DNA from: a virus
Virus record (IMG/VR): IMGVR_UViG_3300045988_103535
Length of the DNA stretch: 64,000 nucleotides
Reading direction: 5' to 3' (one strand)
In this document: positions 46,788 to 56,698 of the stretch, one piece after another
Layout of the letters: every line of letters begins with the position of its first letter
Position numbering within the stretch: the stretch's first letter is position 1
Made by a program: the position numbers and the translations under genes
Notes under the pieces: generated by a model
What the model saw: only the letters and a program-made list of their open reading frames with translations
Database searches by the model: none
What the model was told of the DNA's origin: nothing

Positions 46788-47564
46788 ATGGCAAAGTTAG
46801 GTTCGCTTGCTAAAATGGTAAAGCAAGCTCAAGAAAATAAAGTTGCTGAACAATTTATCGAAGACCTAATTTATACCATAGAGGAAGAAGACAGGAGTTC
46901 AGTTAGAACTCCTACTCAATCTTTTAAACCTTCAGGTATAAGTGGGTGTACTAGAAGTTTATATTATCAATTAACTGGCGTAGCACCAGACGACACAGAC
47001 GCAGGAGTTAACTTAGTAGGTATATGTGAAAGTGGTACTGACAGACATGAACGTATTCAAAATTATATTGCGAAAATGAGTAAATATGATATTAATTGTG
47101 AATGGTTAGATGTAGGTAAATACCTTAAAGAAAATAAAATAAAAGACCCTGAAGTAATAAGCAAGGTCGGAAATGAAACAAAATTATATTCGCAAAAATA
47201 TAATATGAGATTTATGTGTGATGGGTTAATAAAATATAATGGTGAATATTATATAGTAGAAATAAAAACAGAGTCTACTCATAAATTTAATCGTCATACA
47301 GACGCATGGGCAGACCATAAATTACAAGCAACTTGTTATTCAATGACAATAGGTGTACCGAAAGTAATATTTATTTATGAAGACCGAGATAACTGCACTA
47401 AAAAAGGTTATCTAGTTGAAATAACTGAATTGATGAAAAATAGAATAGAAGACATAATTGATTATGTTAATACTTTCGTATTGAATAAGGAGGTTCCACC
47501 TAGGGAATTAGATAAATGTAAATATTGCGATTATCAAAATCAATGCAGAAAAGATGGTGAATAG
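46788..47564 (+). CDS. Cas4/RecB-like PD-(D/E)XK nuclease with Fe-S-type cysteines
   Basis: SGCTRSLYYQLTG, RFMCDGLIKYNGEYYIVEIKTES, DKCKYCDYQNQCRK. Confidence 0.85.
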   Translation: MAKLGSLAKMVKQAQENKVAEQFIEDLIYTIEEEDRSSVRTPTQSFKPSGISGCTRSLYYQLTGVAPDDTDAGVNLVGICESGTDRHERIQNYIAKMSKYDINCEWLDVGKYLKENKIKDPEVISKVGNETKLYSQKYNMRFMCDGLIKYNGEYYIVEIKTESTHKFNRHTDAWADHKLQATCYSMTIGVPKVIFIYEDRDNCTKKGYLVEITELMKNRIEDIIDYVNTFVLNKEVPPRELDKCKYCDYQNQCRKDGE

Positions 47565-48069
47565 TATGAATGATGGAAAAAGATGGGAACAAAATTTTAA
47601 AGACAGTTTAGGTTTAAGCTGTATTAGACTATATGACACAACTAATGGCTTTTCAGGTGTTAGAAATCCATGCGATTTTATTTATTACCGCTACCCATAC
47701 CAATATTTATTTGAGTTAAAAAGTACAAAAGATAAATCTATATATTTAAATATGGAAACAACAAAAAGACAAATAAACGCATTAGTAGAATTAGGAAAAA
47801 TAGACGGAATATTAGGTGGACTATGTGTTGAATTTAGAGAAGAACAAAGAGCATTTTTTATACCCGCAGTTGTATGTAGAGAATTCTTAGAAATAAGATG
47901 TAAAAAGTCAATTTCTATTAGAGATTGCGAAGAACATGAATTAATTAGAGAAATACCATTAGAATATAAAAGAACAAATTGTGTTATCAATAAAGTAGAA
48001 TTTGACGCTGTAATGTCAAGCCTTATGTATCATCTGAGATGGGGTGGAAAAGAATGCGCCTACCGTTAA
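47554..48069 (+). CDS. RecU-like Holliday junction resolvase
   Basis: GKRWEQNFKDSLGLSCIRLYDTTNGFSGVRNPCDFIYYRYPYQYLFELKST. Confidence 0.75.
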   Translation: MVNSMNDGKRWEQNFKDSLGLSCIRLYDTTNGFSGVRNPCDFIYYRYPYQYLFELKSTKDKSIYLNMETTKRQINALVELGKIDGILGGLCVEFREEQRAFFIPAVVCREFLEIRCKKSISIRDCEEHELIREIPLEYKRTNCVINKVEFDAVMSSLMYHLRWGGKECAYR

Positions 48070-48545
48070 TACAAAAATTAGATGCAGATACATTAGACAT
48101 AATTGATACAGTAAATAACATTACTAAAAATTATACTTCAGAATTAGATAAATGTATAAATGAAATACAAGAATTGTTGAGTAATGGGGAGGACATTCCT
48201 CCCCAACAACTTAATTATTATATAACTATATTACCAATATTATTATATGATGTAACTGGCAAAATAACAGAACTTGGAATAAAATCAGACGCGGCTAAAA
48301 TGCAAAGGCGAACTGTATTCAATGATGCATATGTACAACAGACACACGGAACAGTTTCGCAGAAAACTTCAGTAGCTCAAAATCAATCAATGAATGAGCA
48401 ATTCGTGGAAGATGTAATGTTGCGAGCATACAAAGAATGTGCAAGTAAAATAGAAATAGCAACTATGTTACATTCTAGTCTGAAAAAAGTTCAAAGTTGG
48501 AAGACTTCAGAGTTAGAAATAACTAGAAATAATATTATAAGATAG
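48039..48545 (+). CDS. Hypothetical protein
   Basis: Overlapping ORF. Confidence 0.5.
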   Translation: MGWKRMRLPLIQKLDADTLDIIDTVNNITKNYTSELDKCINEIQELLSNGEDIPPQQLNYYITILPILLYDVTGKITELGIKSDAAKMQRRTVFNDAYVQQTHGTVSQKTSVAQNQSMNEQFVEDVMLRAYKECASKIEIATMLHSSLKKVQSWKTSELEITRNNIIR

Positions 48546-48639
48546 GAGGCAAAATTATGTATTCAATATTAGAAACATTAGATAGACAATTACATGGGTT
48601 AACATTATTACAATTATTAAAATTTTAGGAGGTGTAAAA

Positions 48640-48906
48640 ATGAAATATATAGTCAGAGTTAAAGTATCCGATGATAGTTATGAGGATAATATATTTACCT
48701 CTAGGATGGACGCTTTAGATTATGTTTACAAAGAAGGAGCTGCACATGGTATAGATGCTCAATTAATAGAAATTCAAGATACTAACTTTTTTAAATATAA
48801 ATATACACCAAAGTTAGCTAACTTAGTTAAATATTTAAAGAATCATGATATTCCTTTTACAGTAGACGATGGATTGAATGTAATTATAAATTTTAGAGAT
48901 TTATAG
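48640..48906 (+). CDS. Hypothetical protein
   Basis: RBS-preceded ORF. Confidence 0.55.
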   Translation: MKYIVRVKVSDDSYEDNIFTSRMDALDYVYKEGAAHGIDAQLIEIQDTNFFKYKYTPKLANLVKYLKNHDIPFTVDDGLNVIINFRDL

Positions 48907-48913
48907 GAGGTAA

Positions 48914-49432
48914 ATGATGGCAAATAAAAAAGTAAGAATAAGAAAAATAAGACCAAGCGCTCAGTTACCTGTTAAAAATAATGGTAACTGGTATGACTGC
49001 TTTGTAAATAAAATTTCATTAGTTAGTTGTGAAAAACTGCAAAAGTCTTTTAACGAAAGTGTATTTGACAATGTAGAATTGATAGGCGGACATAGTCCTA
49101 TAAAATATAAAAGAGGTGATGTTTTAATATGTAGCTTAGGTTTTGCTATGGAGTTAGGTAAAGGTTATGAGGCTCATATAATTCCAAGAAGTAGTACATT
49201 TGCTAAAAAAGGTTTGATATTAACAAATAGTGTAGGTCTTATTGACTCCAGCTATTGTGGTGATGAAGATGAATGGGTTGCAGTATTTTATGCAACTAGA
49301 CCAGGTAGCATAAAAGTTCATGATAGACTGGTACAAATGACAATACAAAAATCTAATCCTAATGTAGATTTTGAAGAAGTTGACTCATTAAATAATCCAA
49401 ATAGAGGAGGTTATGGTTCAACAGGTCAATAA
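48914..49432 (+). CDS. dut: dUTPase
   Basis: KRGDVLICSLGFAMELGKGYEAHIIPRSST; LTNSVGLIDSSYCGDEDEW; RLVQMTIQK; NRGGYGSTG. Confidence 0.92.
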   Translation: MMANKKVRIRKIRPSAQLPVKNNGNWYDCFVNKISLVSCEKLQKSFNESVFDNVELIGGHSPIKYKRGDVLICSLGFAMELGKGYEAHIIPRSSTFAKKGLILTNSVGLIDSSYCGDEDEWVAVFYATRPGSIKVHDRLVQMTIQKSNPNVDFEEVDSLNNPNRGGYGSTGQ

Positions 49433-49439
49433 TAATTTT

Positions 49440-49476
49440 AGCCCTTGCAACTTTACAGTTGCGAGGGTTTTTTATA
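49440..49476 (+). terminator. Stem-loop terminator
   Basis: AGCCCTTGCAACTttacAGTTGCGAGGGTTTTTT. Confidence 0.85.
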
Positions 49477-49512
49477 TATAACATATATAAAGAATTATAA
49501 GGAGGTAGCTAT

Positions 49513-50685
49513 ATGAGAAACATAGATTTAAAAATGGCAGAGCTTAATAAAAAATTCAAAGCTCAAATAATCAACCAGGGAACAGACATAATAGAAGTAG
49601 CAAAAATACCATTTAGTTCACCTACAGCTAACTGGATGACCTATGGCGGAATTCCAGTAGGTAAAATAACTGAGTTTTTCGGTGGCGAAGGTGGAGGTAA
49701 AACAACTTCCGCATTAGATATATGTGCAAATGCACAAAAGAAATTTAATGAAGTATTTGAACAACATAAAGAAAAAGTGTTAGACGAAATAGAACAACTT
49801 AAAGCAAAAGACACAAAAGACTCTAAAAAGAAAGCAGATAAATTGATGTCAGATTTAATGGAATACGTAGAGCGAGGTCCGAAAGTAGTTGTATATATTG
49901 ATGCCGAACAAACACTTGATGTACAATGGGCACAACTATTAGGAGTAGACACTGAAGCCATGATATTAGTTAGACCTCAAGAACAAACCGCAGAACAAGT
50001 ATTACAAATAGCAATTGATTTAATAGCAACTGGAGATGTTGGATTATGTGTGCTTGACTCAATACCAATGTTAGTTTCTCAAAATATATTCAATGAAGAC
50101 ATGGATAAAAAATCGTATGGAGGAATATCTCAAGCATTAACAGTATTTTGTAGTAAAGTTACTCCACATTTAACTCAAAATCAATGTGCGTTTATTGGAA
50201 TTAATCAAATAAGAGAAGATTTAGCAAGTATGTATAATACCGTATCAACTCCAGGTGGTAAAATGTGGAAACATGCTTGCTCATTAAGATTAAGATTTAG
50301 AAAAGACACTTTATTAGATATGAATAATGGCGAATTAACTTCAAGAGCTGAAAATCCAGCAGGTAATAGAGTCGGTATTGAAATTGCAAAAACTAAGGTT
50401 TGTAAACCTGATAGAAGAATTGGCTATTATACTTTAAATTATACTGAAGGCATTGATGTATTAGCAGACATAATTACAGTAGCATTACAATATCGAATAT
50501 TAAAACAAGGTGGCAGTTGGTATTACTATTTAGATGAAGAAGGTAATGTTGAAGTAGATGCAGAAAACAATGAAATAAAATTTCAAGGTAAAGCTAAATT
50601 ATTAGACGAATTAAGAAATGATGAAGAATTCAAAGAAGATGTTATATCTAGATTAAATAAGGTGATGTACAATGAAAACAAATAA
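49513..50685 (+). CDS. recA: RecA-like recombinase
   Basis: ITEFFGGEGGGKTTSALDICANAQK; VVVYIDAEQTLDVQWAQLLGVD; QCAFIGINQIREDLASMYNTVSTPGGKMWKHACSLRLRFRK. Confidence 0.93.
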   Translation: MRNIDLKMAELNKKFKAQIINQGTDIIEVAKIPFSSPTANWMTYGGIPVGKITEFFGGEGGGKTTSALDICANAQKKFNEVFEQHKEKVLDEIEQLKAKDTKDSKKKADKLMSDLMEYVERGPKVVVYIDAEQTLDVQWAQLLGVDTEAMILVRPQEQTAEQVLQIAIDLIATGDVGLCVLDSIPMLVSQNIFNEDMDKKSYGGISQALTVFCSKVTPHLTQNQCAFIGINQIREDLASMYNTVSTPGGKMWKHACSLRLRFRKDTLLDMNNGELTSRAENPAGNRVGIEIAKTKVCKPDRRIGYYTLNYTEGIDVLADIITVALQYRILKQGGSWYYYLDEEGNVEVDAENNEIKFQGKAKLLDELRNDEEFKEDVISRLNKVMYNENK

Positions 50686-51280
50686 TTCTGAATTAATTCA
50701 AGAACTGGTTATAAAAATACAACATTCTGAAGGCGTTGAAAAACGCCTCCTTTTAAACCAACTAACACCTGAACTAGAAGCTTTTATATGGAGTATTCTC
50801 AGAACACATGGAGTAAAACAGTTACCTCAAGACTCATTTCAAACAGCATGGCTAGGTGTTATGCAAGCTATAGAAACTTATGATGCATCAAAAGGCACTA
50901 AATTTCTCACTCATTGTTATTGGCAAATATTGAGTTCTTTATCAAAACTAAAAATATATGCATCACGATATGAAACAGGTCAAGGAACATGGTCTCTATC
51001 TAGTTTAAATCAAATTATAATAGATACTGATAATGTTCCACTTCAAGAAAAATTAGTAGCTTCAGACGATACTGCTACAGATTGTGTAGTAAAAACCTTA
51101 AAAGAAAGCGCTATACAACTCATAGAACAAAATTATACAGGAACTAAGAAACTAATACTGTTAAAGTATATGCAAGGGGTCAGACCAGTAGACATCGCAG
51201 CACAGTTAGGAGTTACAAGAAGTCATGTCTCAAATACAGTTAGTAAATTTAAACAAAAATGTAGAAAAGAGTTAACATAA
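50672..51280 (+). CDS. Sigma-70-family-like factor
   Basis: DSFQTAWLGVMQAIETYDASKGTKFLTHCYWQI (region 2); LKYMQGVRPVDIAAQLGVTRSHVSNTVSKFKQK (region 4). Confidence 0.8.
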   Translation: MKTNNSELIQELVIKIQHSEGVEKRLLLNQLTPELEAFIWSILRTHGVKQLPQDSFQTAWLGVMQAIETYDASKGTKFLTHCYWQILSSLSKLKIYASRYETGQGTWSLSSLNQIIIDTDNVPLQEKLVASDDTATDCVVKTLKESAIQLIEQNYTGTKKLILLKYMQGVRPVDIAAQLGVTRSHVSNTVSKFKQKCRKELT

Positions 51281-51304
51281 ATTAGTATAAAATGTATATA
51301 ACTT
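51273..51304 (+). promoter_or_regulatory. Promoter, GTTAACA family
   Basis: gTTAACA-N17-TATATAAC. Confidence 0.6.
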
Positions 51305-51323
51305 TTACAAGGAGGTAAGTGAA

Positions 51324-51668
51324 ATGGAAAATAAACCTACAAGACATTACAGTAAATTACAAGAAGAAAAAGTAGCAAACTACTTAGGTGGAACATTAAC
51401 ACCTAATAGTGGTGCAAAACATAAGAAAGGAGATATACTTTTAGATGACACAATAATTGAGTGCAAAACAAGAACAAAACAAAGTATATCGCACACAATT
51501 AAAAAGGAATGGGTATTAGATTTAATCAAAGAATGTATTGAAATGGGTAAAAATCATTGGGCATTAATATTTGACTTTGGTACACAAAATCTAATTGACC
51601 AATGTGTAGTAATACCTATTGATGACTACAAAGAATATTTGAGTTTAAAGGAGGAACAAAATGTCTAG
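51324..51668 (+). CDS. PD-(D/E)XK endonuclease/resolvase-like protein
   Basis: QEEKVANYLGGTLTPNSGAKHKKGDILLDDTIIECKTRTK. Confidence 0.7.
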   Translation: MENKPTRHYSKLQEEKVANYLGGTLTPNSGAKHKKGDILLDDTIIECKTRTKQSISHTIKKEWVLDLIKECIEMGKNHWALIFDFGTQNLIDQCVVIPIDDYKEYLSLKEEQNV

Positions 51669-52254
51669 AATGAAAAATAGAGAGGAATTTATAAAAATAT
51701 TGAGACAAGTAGAAAGACCAGGTGTCGAGGAATTAATTAGTTGGCTAGATACTACCGATTTTTTTTCTGCTCCTGCTAGTACAAGATTTCATGGAAGTTA
51801 CCCAGGTGGACTTGTATTTCATACTTTAAATGTAGCATATGAGTTGAGAGAACTTGTTAGATTCTATGAAGTAGATATACCTAAAGATAGCATAATATTA
51901 ACAGCCTTAGGTCATGATTTATGTAAAATTGGCGTATATGAAGAAACAATCGTAAATGTTCCTCCACAAAGAAGCAAATCTGGAAAATGGGAACAACAAC
52001 CGGGTTATAAGAAAAATGAACCTTTTAGAATGGGACATGGAGCTAAATCTTTGTCAATACTTCAAGATTTTATAAAACTTGAAGATTATGAAAAAGAAGC
52101 TATATTTTGGCATATGGGAGCATACGATTTAGGACAATATAATACAATGAACGATTTAGGCGCAACATTTGAAGAAAATAAATTAGCATTTCTACTTCAT
52201 ATAGCAGATTTAGTAGCAACTTATATAGTAGAAACAAAGGGAGGGGAAAATTAA
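51661..52254 (+). CDS. HD-domain phosphohydrolase
   Basis: GGLVFHTLNVAYELRELVRFY...LTALGHDLCKIG...MGHGAKSLSIL...AIFWHMGAYD...LAFLLHIADLVATYI. Confidence 0.85.
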   Translation: MSRMKNREEFIKILRQVERPGVEELISWLDTTDFFSAPASTRFHGSYPGGLVFHTLNVAYELRELVRFYEVDIPKDSIILTALGHDLCKIGVYEETIVNVPPQRSKSGKWEQQPGYKKNEPFRMGHGAKSLSILQDFIKLEDYEKEAIFWHMGAYDLGQYNTMNDLGATFEENKLAFLLHIADLVATYIVETKGGEN

Positions 52255-53270
52255 TGAATTTAGCAACAAAATATAGACCTAAAAAATTCAATGATATAGT
52301 ATGTCAAGATAATGTAAAAATAGTTCTTCAAAATCAAATAGATACAAATGAATTTAAACAAGCATATTTATTTTGTGGAAGTGCTGGAACAGGAAAAACA
52401 ACAAGTGCAAGAATATTCGCCAATGAAATTAATAAAGGCGAAGGCAGAATTGTAGAAATAGACGGAGCTAGTAATAACGGTGTTGATAATATAAGAAACT
52501 TAATAGACAACTGTAAAATGAAGTCACTTGACGGAACATATAAAGTATTTATAATAGACGAAGTTCATATGCTAAGTATAGGAGCATTCAATGCACTACT
52601 AAAAATATTAGAAGAACCGCCAAAAGGTACAATTTTTATTTTATGTACAACTGACCCACAAAAAATACCTGCTACCATATTAAGTAGAGTACAAAGATTT
52701 GACTTCAAGAGAATACCAACTCAAAGAATAATGAATAGACTAACATATATAATAAAAAAAGAAAATCAAACTAGAACTGAACAAATTGAATATACAGATG
52801 AAGCATTACAATATATAGCACAACTTGCAGAGGGTGGAATGCGAGATGCCATAACAAAACTTGATACAGTATTAGGTTTTACTCAAAACATAACATCTGA
52901 AGCAGTTATAAAATGTTTGGGTTTAACTTCAACTCAATTTATATTAGAAATACTAGATAACATAATAGCTAAAGAACCTAAAAATATATTAGGAGCAATA
53001 GACACTATATTTTTAGAAGGTAAAGACTTGAAACTATTCATTAAAGACTCAATTAAAGTATTAATTGATGTAATAAAATGTCAAATGGGCAGTAGCAGTG
53101 TTAATATTCCACAATCTTGTCAAGCTAGAGTAACTAATATAATCGAACATAGTACACCTGGACAATTATTAAGTATATTAGATAGCTATAATAGTTTATA
53201 TTTTAAAATCAGATATGAACACAATCCAAAGATTTTCATAGAAAGCGAGATGTTGTACTTATGCAAATAA
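52254..53270 (+). CDS. dnaX: DNA polymerase III gamma/tau-like clamp loader
   Basis: MNLATKYRPKKFNDIVCQDNVKIVLQNQI; LFCGSAGTGKTTSARIFANEIN; VFIIDEVHMLSIGAFNALLKILEEPP. Confidence 0.95.
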   Translation: MNLATKYRPKKFNDIVCQDNVKIVLQNQIDTNEFKQAYLFCGSAGTGKTTSARIFANEINKGEGRIVEIDGASNNGVDNIRNLIDNCKMKSLDGTYKVFIIDEVHMLSIGAFNALLKILEEPPKGTIFILCTTDPQKIPATILSRVQRFDFKRIPTQRIMNRLTYIIKKENQTRTEQIEYTDEALQYIAQLAEGGMRDAITKLDTVLGFTQNITSEAVIKCLGLTSTQFILEILDNIIAKEPKNILGAIDTIFLEGKDLKLFIKDSIKVLIDVIKCQMGSSSVNIPQSCQARVTNIIEHSTPGQLLSILDSYNSLYFKIRYEHNPKIFIESEMLYLCK

Positions 53271-54079
53271 TTGGAATGAACAACTGTAAAGAAATGTTAG
53301 CAAGAATGTCCAACATGCCTCATTTATCAATAATCTCAGCACCAAGAGGTGCTGGGAAATCTTTACTCATAAAAAGAATTGCAACTGAGAGAAAATTGAG
53401 ACTTCAATATATAGGTAATAAAATAGATAATATTAGAGAGTTAATTCAAGACTCAGTCGCATTGGAAGAGCCAACATTATTCGCAATTTCTGAAGGCGAT
53501 ACAATGTCAGTAGGAGCTAAAAATGCTTTACTAAAAATAACTGAGGAACCGCCTAAAAATTGTTATATTGCGATGGAAATAACAGACATAAACTCAGTAT
53601 TAGAAACTATAATATCAAGAGGAACTATATTTGAAATAGATAGATACTCATACCAAGATTTAAAAAAATATGCTATAGAAGTGTTAGGTATGAGTGATAA
53701 TGAAGACACTTCAAATATATGTCAAATAGCAACAACTCCAGGTGATGTAAAACTGTATTTAGAAGTTGGCTATAAAGATTGTTATAATTTCGCTGAAATG
53801 GTATTTAATAATATCATGAAGGTTACAACAGGTAACGCGTTCAAAATAAAAAATAGAATTAACTTTACAGGAAAAGGTGAAGGTTTCCCAGTTGATATGT
53901 TTTTTAATATGATGTTATTTATATGTCGAAAACATATAGATGACCCAAAAGCTTTATACATTATCGAATGCACAATAAAAGCATTGCACATGAGTAAAGT
54001 AAACGGAGCTAATAAAGAAATGGCATTTGATATATGGGTATTAGATTGTAGATTAAGAAGAGGTGAATATTATGCTTAA
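53261..54079 (+). CDS. Clamp loader delta'-like AAA+ protein
   Basis: ISAPRGAGKSLLIKRIA; SVGAKNALLKITEEPPKNCYIAMEITDINSVLETIISRG. Confidence 0.75.
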   Translation: MQIIGMNNCKEMLARMSNMPHLSIISAPRGAGKSLLIKRIATERKLRLQYIGNKIDNIRELIQDSVALEEPTLFAISEGDTMSVGAKNALLKITEEPPKNCYIAMEITDINSVLETIISRGTIFEIDRYSYQDLKKYAIEVLGMSDNEDTSNICQIATTPGDVKLYLEVGYKDCYNFAEMVFNNIMKVTTGNAFKIKNRINFTGKGEGFPVDMFFNMMLFICRKHIDDPKALYIIECTIKALHMSKVNGANKEMAFDIWVLDCRLRRGEYYA

Positions 54080-54386
54080 AATAACAACTGAACAACAAAT
54101 ATTAGAAACAGCACTTGCATATGTTCATAGTTGTAAAATGTGTTTCGATTGGCAAAGTACTGAAAAGTGGGTTAGAATGTTTGCGAATAAAAGATATGAC
54201 ACTTTATATCAAATACAAAAAGACGACTTGGAAAATGTAATGCCAAGAAAATTTAGAAAGTTATTTGAGGACAGATTTACTCAAGGTATGATGAAGGAAA
54301 TAGAGGATAAACAACGAATTCATATAGCAAAAGAAAAAGCAGAGAAATCTAAGAAAAAAGCAATTCATAGAAAGGGGAAAAGATAA
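54063..54386 (+). CDS. Hypothetical protein
   Basis: Overlapping ORF between clamp loader genes. Confidence 0.55.
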   Translation: MNIMLKITTEQQILETALAYVHSCKMCFDWQSTEKWVRMFANKRYDTLYQIQKDDLENVMPRKFRKLFEDRFTQGMMKEIEDKQRIHIAKEKAEKSKKKAIHRKGKR

Positions 54387-55316
54387 ATGGAATTAGTTGA
54401 ACTGAATAGACAATTAAGAACTAATAGCATAGGTAATTTCTATATCTTTACAGGAGATGAGATTGGACTTCAAAATGTGTATTTAAAACAATTCGGAGAA
54501 TATAAAAGAGTAGATACTGTTAGTGAAATATTAAGTAAATTAACTGCCAAAGGTTTTGGATTTAATAAAGGAGCAAAAGAAGTATATGTTGTTCGAGATG
54601 ATTTAGATTTTTTAACTAATAAACACCTAGAAGAAAATATTAAACAACTGGAGAAAGCGAAATTAGGAACTTTAGTAATTCAAATAACAAATGCTAATAA
54701 AAAGTCATCGTGGTATAAGACATTGAAGAATTATGTAGTGGAATTCAATAAATTAACTCCTACTCAACTTATACATCAAATACAACATTATAATCTAACA
54801 ACAAATAAAAAAACATTAGAATATTTCGTTGACGCATGTAATAATGATTTTACTACAATAATAAACGAGATAGATAAATATAAAAGGTTAAAAGAAGCTG
54901 GCGTTTATAAAGAGTTTACAATAGATACTCTAATTGATATGATGCCAGTAAAATATAATTATACTGTATTTGACTTAGTCGACATGGTATTGAGTAAAGA
55001 TATTCGAGCAATAGACGTAATGGATTATTTATTATCTCAAAATCAAAATCCGCTTGGGATATTATCATTATTGTATCAAAATATATCAAAAGCAATATTA
55101 GTAGTAGGTCATAAGGGTCAACAAAATATTACAGAAAAGACAGGTCTACCTTATTGGCAAGTGAAAAAAATACTCAATAATACTAGAGTAAGTCCACGTG
55201 GGTTACTTGCATCACTAAGGTTTATACAGCAATATGATACAGGAATAAAAACTGGAAAATATTCACCTGAAATTGGGTTACAATGTTGTATTTTAAATAT
55301 TTTATATTCTAATTAA
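54387..55316 (+). CDS. Clamp loader delta-like (HolA-like) protein
   Basis: FYIFTGDEIGLQNVYLKQF...VYVVRDD...GTLVIQITNANKKSSWYKTLKNYVVEFNKLTPTQLIHQIQ. Confidence 0.75.
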   Translation: MELVELNRQLRTNSIGNFYIFTGDEIGLQNVYLKQFGEYKRVDTVSEILSKLTAKGFGFNKGAKEVYVVRDDLDFLTNKHLEENIKQLEKAKLGTLVIQITNANKKSSWYKTLKNYVVEFNKLTPTQLIHQIQHYNLTTNKKTLEYFVDACNNDFTTIINEIDKYKRLKEAGVYKEFTIDTLIDMMPVKYNYTVFDLVDMVLSKDIRAIDVMDYLLSQNQNPLGILSLLYQNISKAILVVGHKGQQNITEKTGLPYWQVKKILNNTRVSPRGLLASLRFIQQYDTGIKTGKYSPEIGLQCCILNILYSN

Positions 55317-55331
55317 AATTAACGCCTGCTA

Positions 55332-55363
55332 GTTAACATTAATTAGCAGGTTTTGTATATAAC
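55332..55363 (+). promoter_or_regulatory. Promoter, GTTAACA family
   Basis: gTTAACA-N17-TATATAAC. Confidence 0.6.
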
Positions 55364-55396
55364 ATATAACAATAAAAAATAAGGAGGTTAAAAAAA

Positions 55397-55594
55397 ATGG
55401 ATAATAATCTCGTTGAATTAGTAAAAGCACTTAAATTAATTAAGGAAACTTGTGAATCTATATCAAGTAAGGAATGCGATATTATGCGAGAATTTGGAAA
55501 TTGTCCTATATATGAAATATTAGGAGATTGCACTCAAGAAGAAGTGCCGGAGGATTGGATTATAAAGGAGGAATTCAACAATGAAAATAAATAA
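55397..55594 (+). CDS. Hypothetical protein
   Basis: RBS aaggaggtt. Confidence 0.55.
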   Translation: MDNNLVELVKALKLIKETCESISSKECDIMREFGNCPIYEILGDCTQEEVPEDWIIKEEFNNENK

Positions 55595-55832
55595 AGAGTA
55601 TGAAATATTAGTTGACTCTATAGGTACTTATATTTTAAGACAACATTATACATCAAAAGTAGGTACACCTACTTATAAAGATTTAGGATATTATAGAACA
55701 TTAGAACAAGTCAGAAAAGGCTTATTAAAACAAGAAATAGCAAAATCAGAATTAAAAGATGTTGATACTGTTATTGAATATATCAATAGAGCTATCGACT
55801 TAATAAAAGATATACCAGTTAAGGAGGTATAA
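55581..55832 (+). CDS. Hypothetical protein
   Basis: ORF with RBS. Confidence 0.5.
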   Translation: MKINKEYEILVDSIGTYILRQHYTSKVGTPTYKDLGYYRTLEQVRKGLLKQEIAKSELKDVDTVIEYINRAIDLIKDIPVKEV

Positions 55833-55833
55833 T

Positions 55834-56550
55834 ATGTTTACATTACAAGATTTCAAAGTAAAGTTAGTAAATGGAGAAGAGGTTAAAAGTTTTATAAAGA
55901 AACATGGAGAATTCGCAGCTGTATGCTACAATACACCATTAGATAGAGCAGAAAAAGTTGGCGAACATTGTTTAAAAAGTGGTCATATGTCAGGTTCAAG
56001 ACATTTATTCTTTGTATTTGAACTAAAAACAGTACCTAGAAGTGCAGTCGACCAATTAGTTAGACATTATACAGGATTTGTTCCTAATGTACAAAGTTTA
56101 AGATATTGTAATAAAGACGGTAAAGTTAATATATATGCGGCACCTGAACTATTACAAAATGAATACATGGTAAAAACAATACAAGACCAAGAAAATATTG
56201 TAAATGCACAATATAATTATATTCAAACATATTTAGAAGAAGCAGGTATAACTGGAGAAAAAGCTAACGAAATAGCTAGAACTATACTGCCAATAGGTGT
56301 TGCTACTGAGTGCAGTATAGCTTGTAATATAGAGTCTTTAATACATTTAGCAAACCTTAGATTATGTACTAGAGCTGAATTACCAATTAGAACTATAATA
56401 AAACAAATGGTCGACCAGGTAGTTGAAGTTGAACCTAGATATAAACCATATTTAGTTCCTCAATGTAAAAAATTAGGTTATTGTCCAGAGAGCAATAAAA
56501 ATTGCCCTAGATACAAATTAAATAATAAGGAGGTCAAAAAGCATGAATAA
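55834..56550 (+). CDS. thyX: Flavin-dependent thymidylate synthase ThyX
   Basis: SGHMSGSRHLFFVFEL; DQLVRHYTGFVPNVQSLRY; YLEEAGITGEKANEIARTILPIGVATECSIACNIESLIHLANLRLCTRAELPIR. Confidence 0.92.
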   Translation: MFTLQDFKVKLVNGEEVKSFIKKHGEFAAVCYNTPLDRAEKVGEHCLKSGHMSGSRHLFFVFELKTVPRSAVDQLVRHYTGFVPNVQSLRYCNKDGKVNIYAAPELLQNEYMVKTIQDQENIVNAQYNYIQTYLEEAGITGEKANEIARTILPIGVATECSIACNIESLIHLANLRLCTRAELPIRTIIKQMVDQVVEVEPRYKPYLVPQCKKLGYCPESNKNCPRYKLNNKEVKKHE

Positions 56551-56698
56551 AAACACAATGAGTGCGAATGTAATAACAATAGGTGGAGTTGGAGCTATGC
56601 TAGCAATAGCAGGTTTAAGTTTACCTGTTAGTGGAGTTATAATGGCGTACACAGTAGCAGGTTGTTATCATTTATCTAAAAAGGAGGTAACTAAATAA
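56543..56698 (+). CDS. Small membrane protein (51 aa)
   Basis: MNKNTMSANVITIGGVGAMLAIAGLSLPVSGVIMAYTVAGCYHLSKKEVTK; RBS; stop overlaps next ATG. Confidence 0.55.
   Translation: MNKNTMSANVITIGGVGAMLAIAGLSLPVSGVIMAYTVAGCYHLSKKEVTK

Noticed and set aside
46788-47564. Cas4-like protein as part of a CRISPR adaptation locus
   Set aside because: No cas1/cas2 or repeat array nearby; Cas4/RecB-like nucleases are routine in phage recombination modules.
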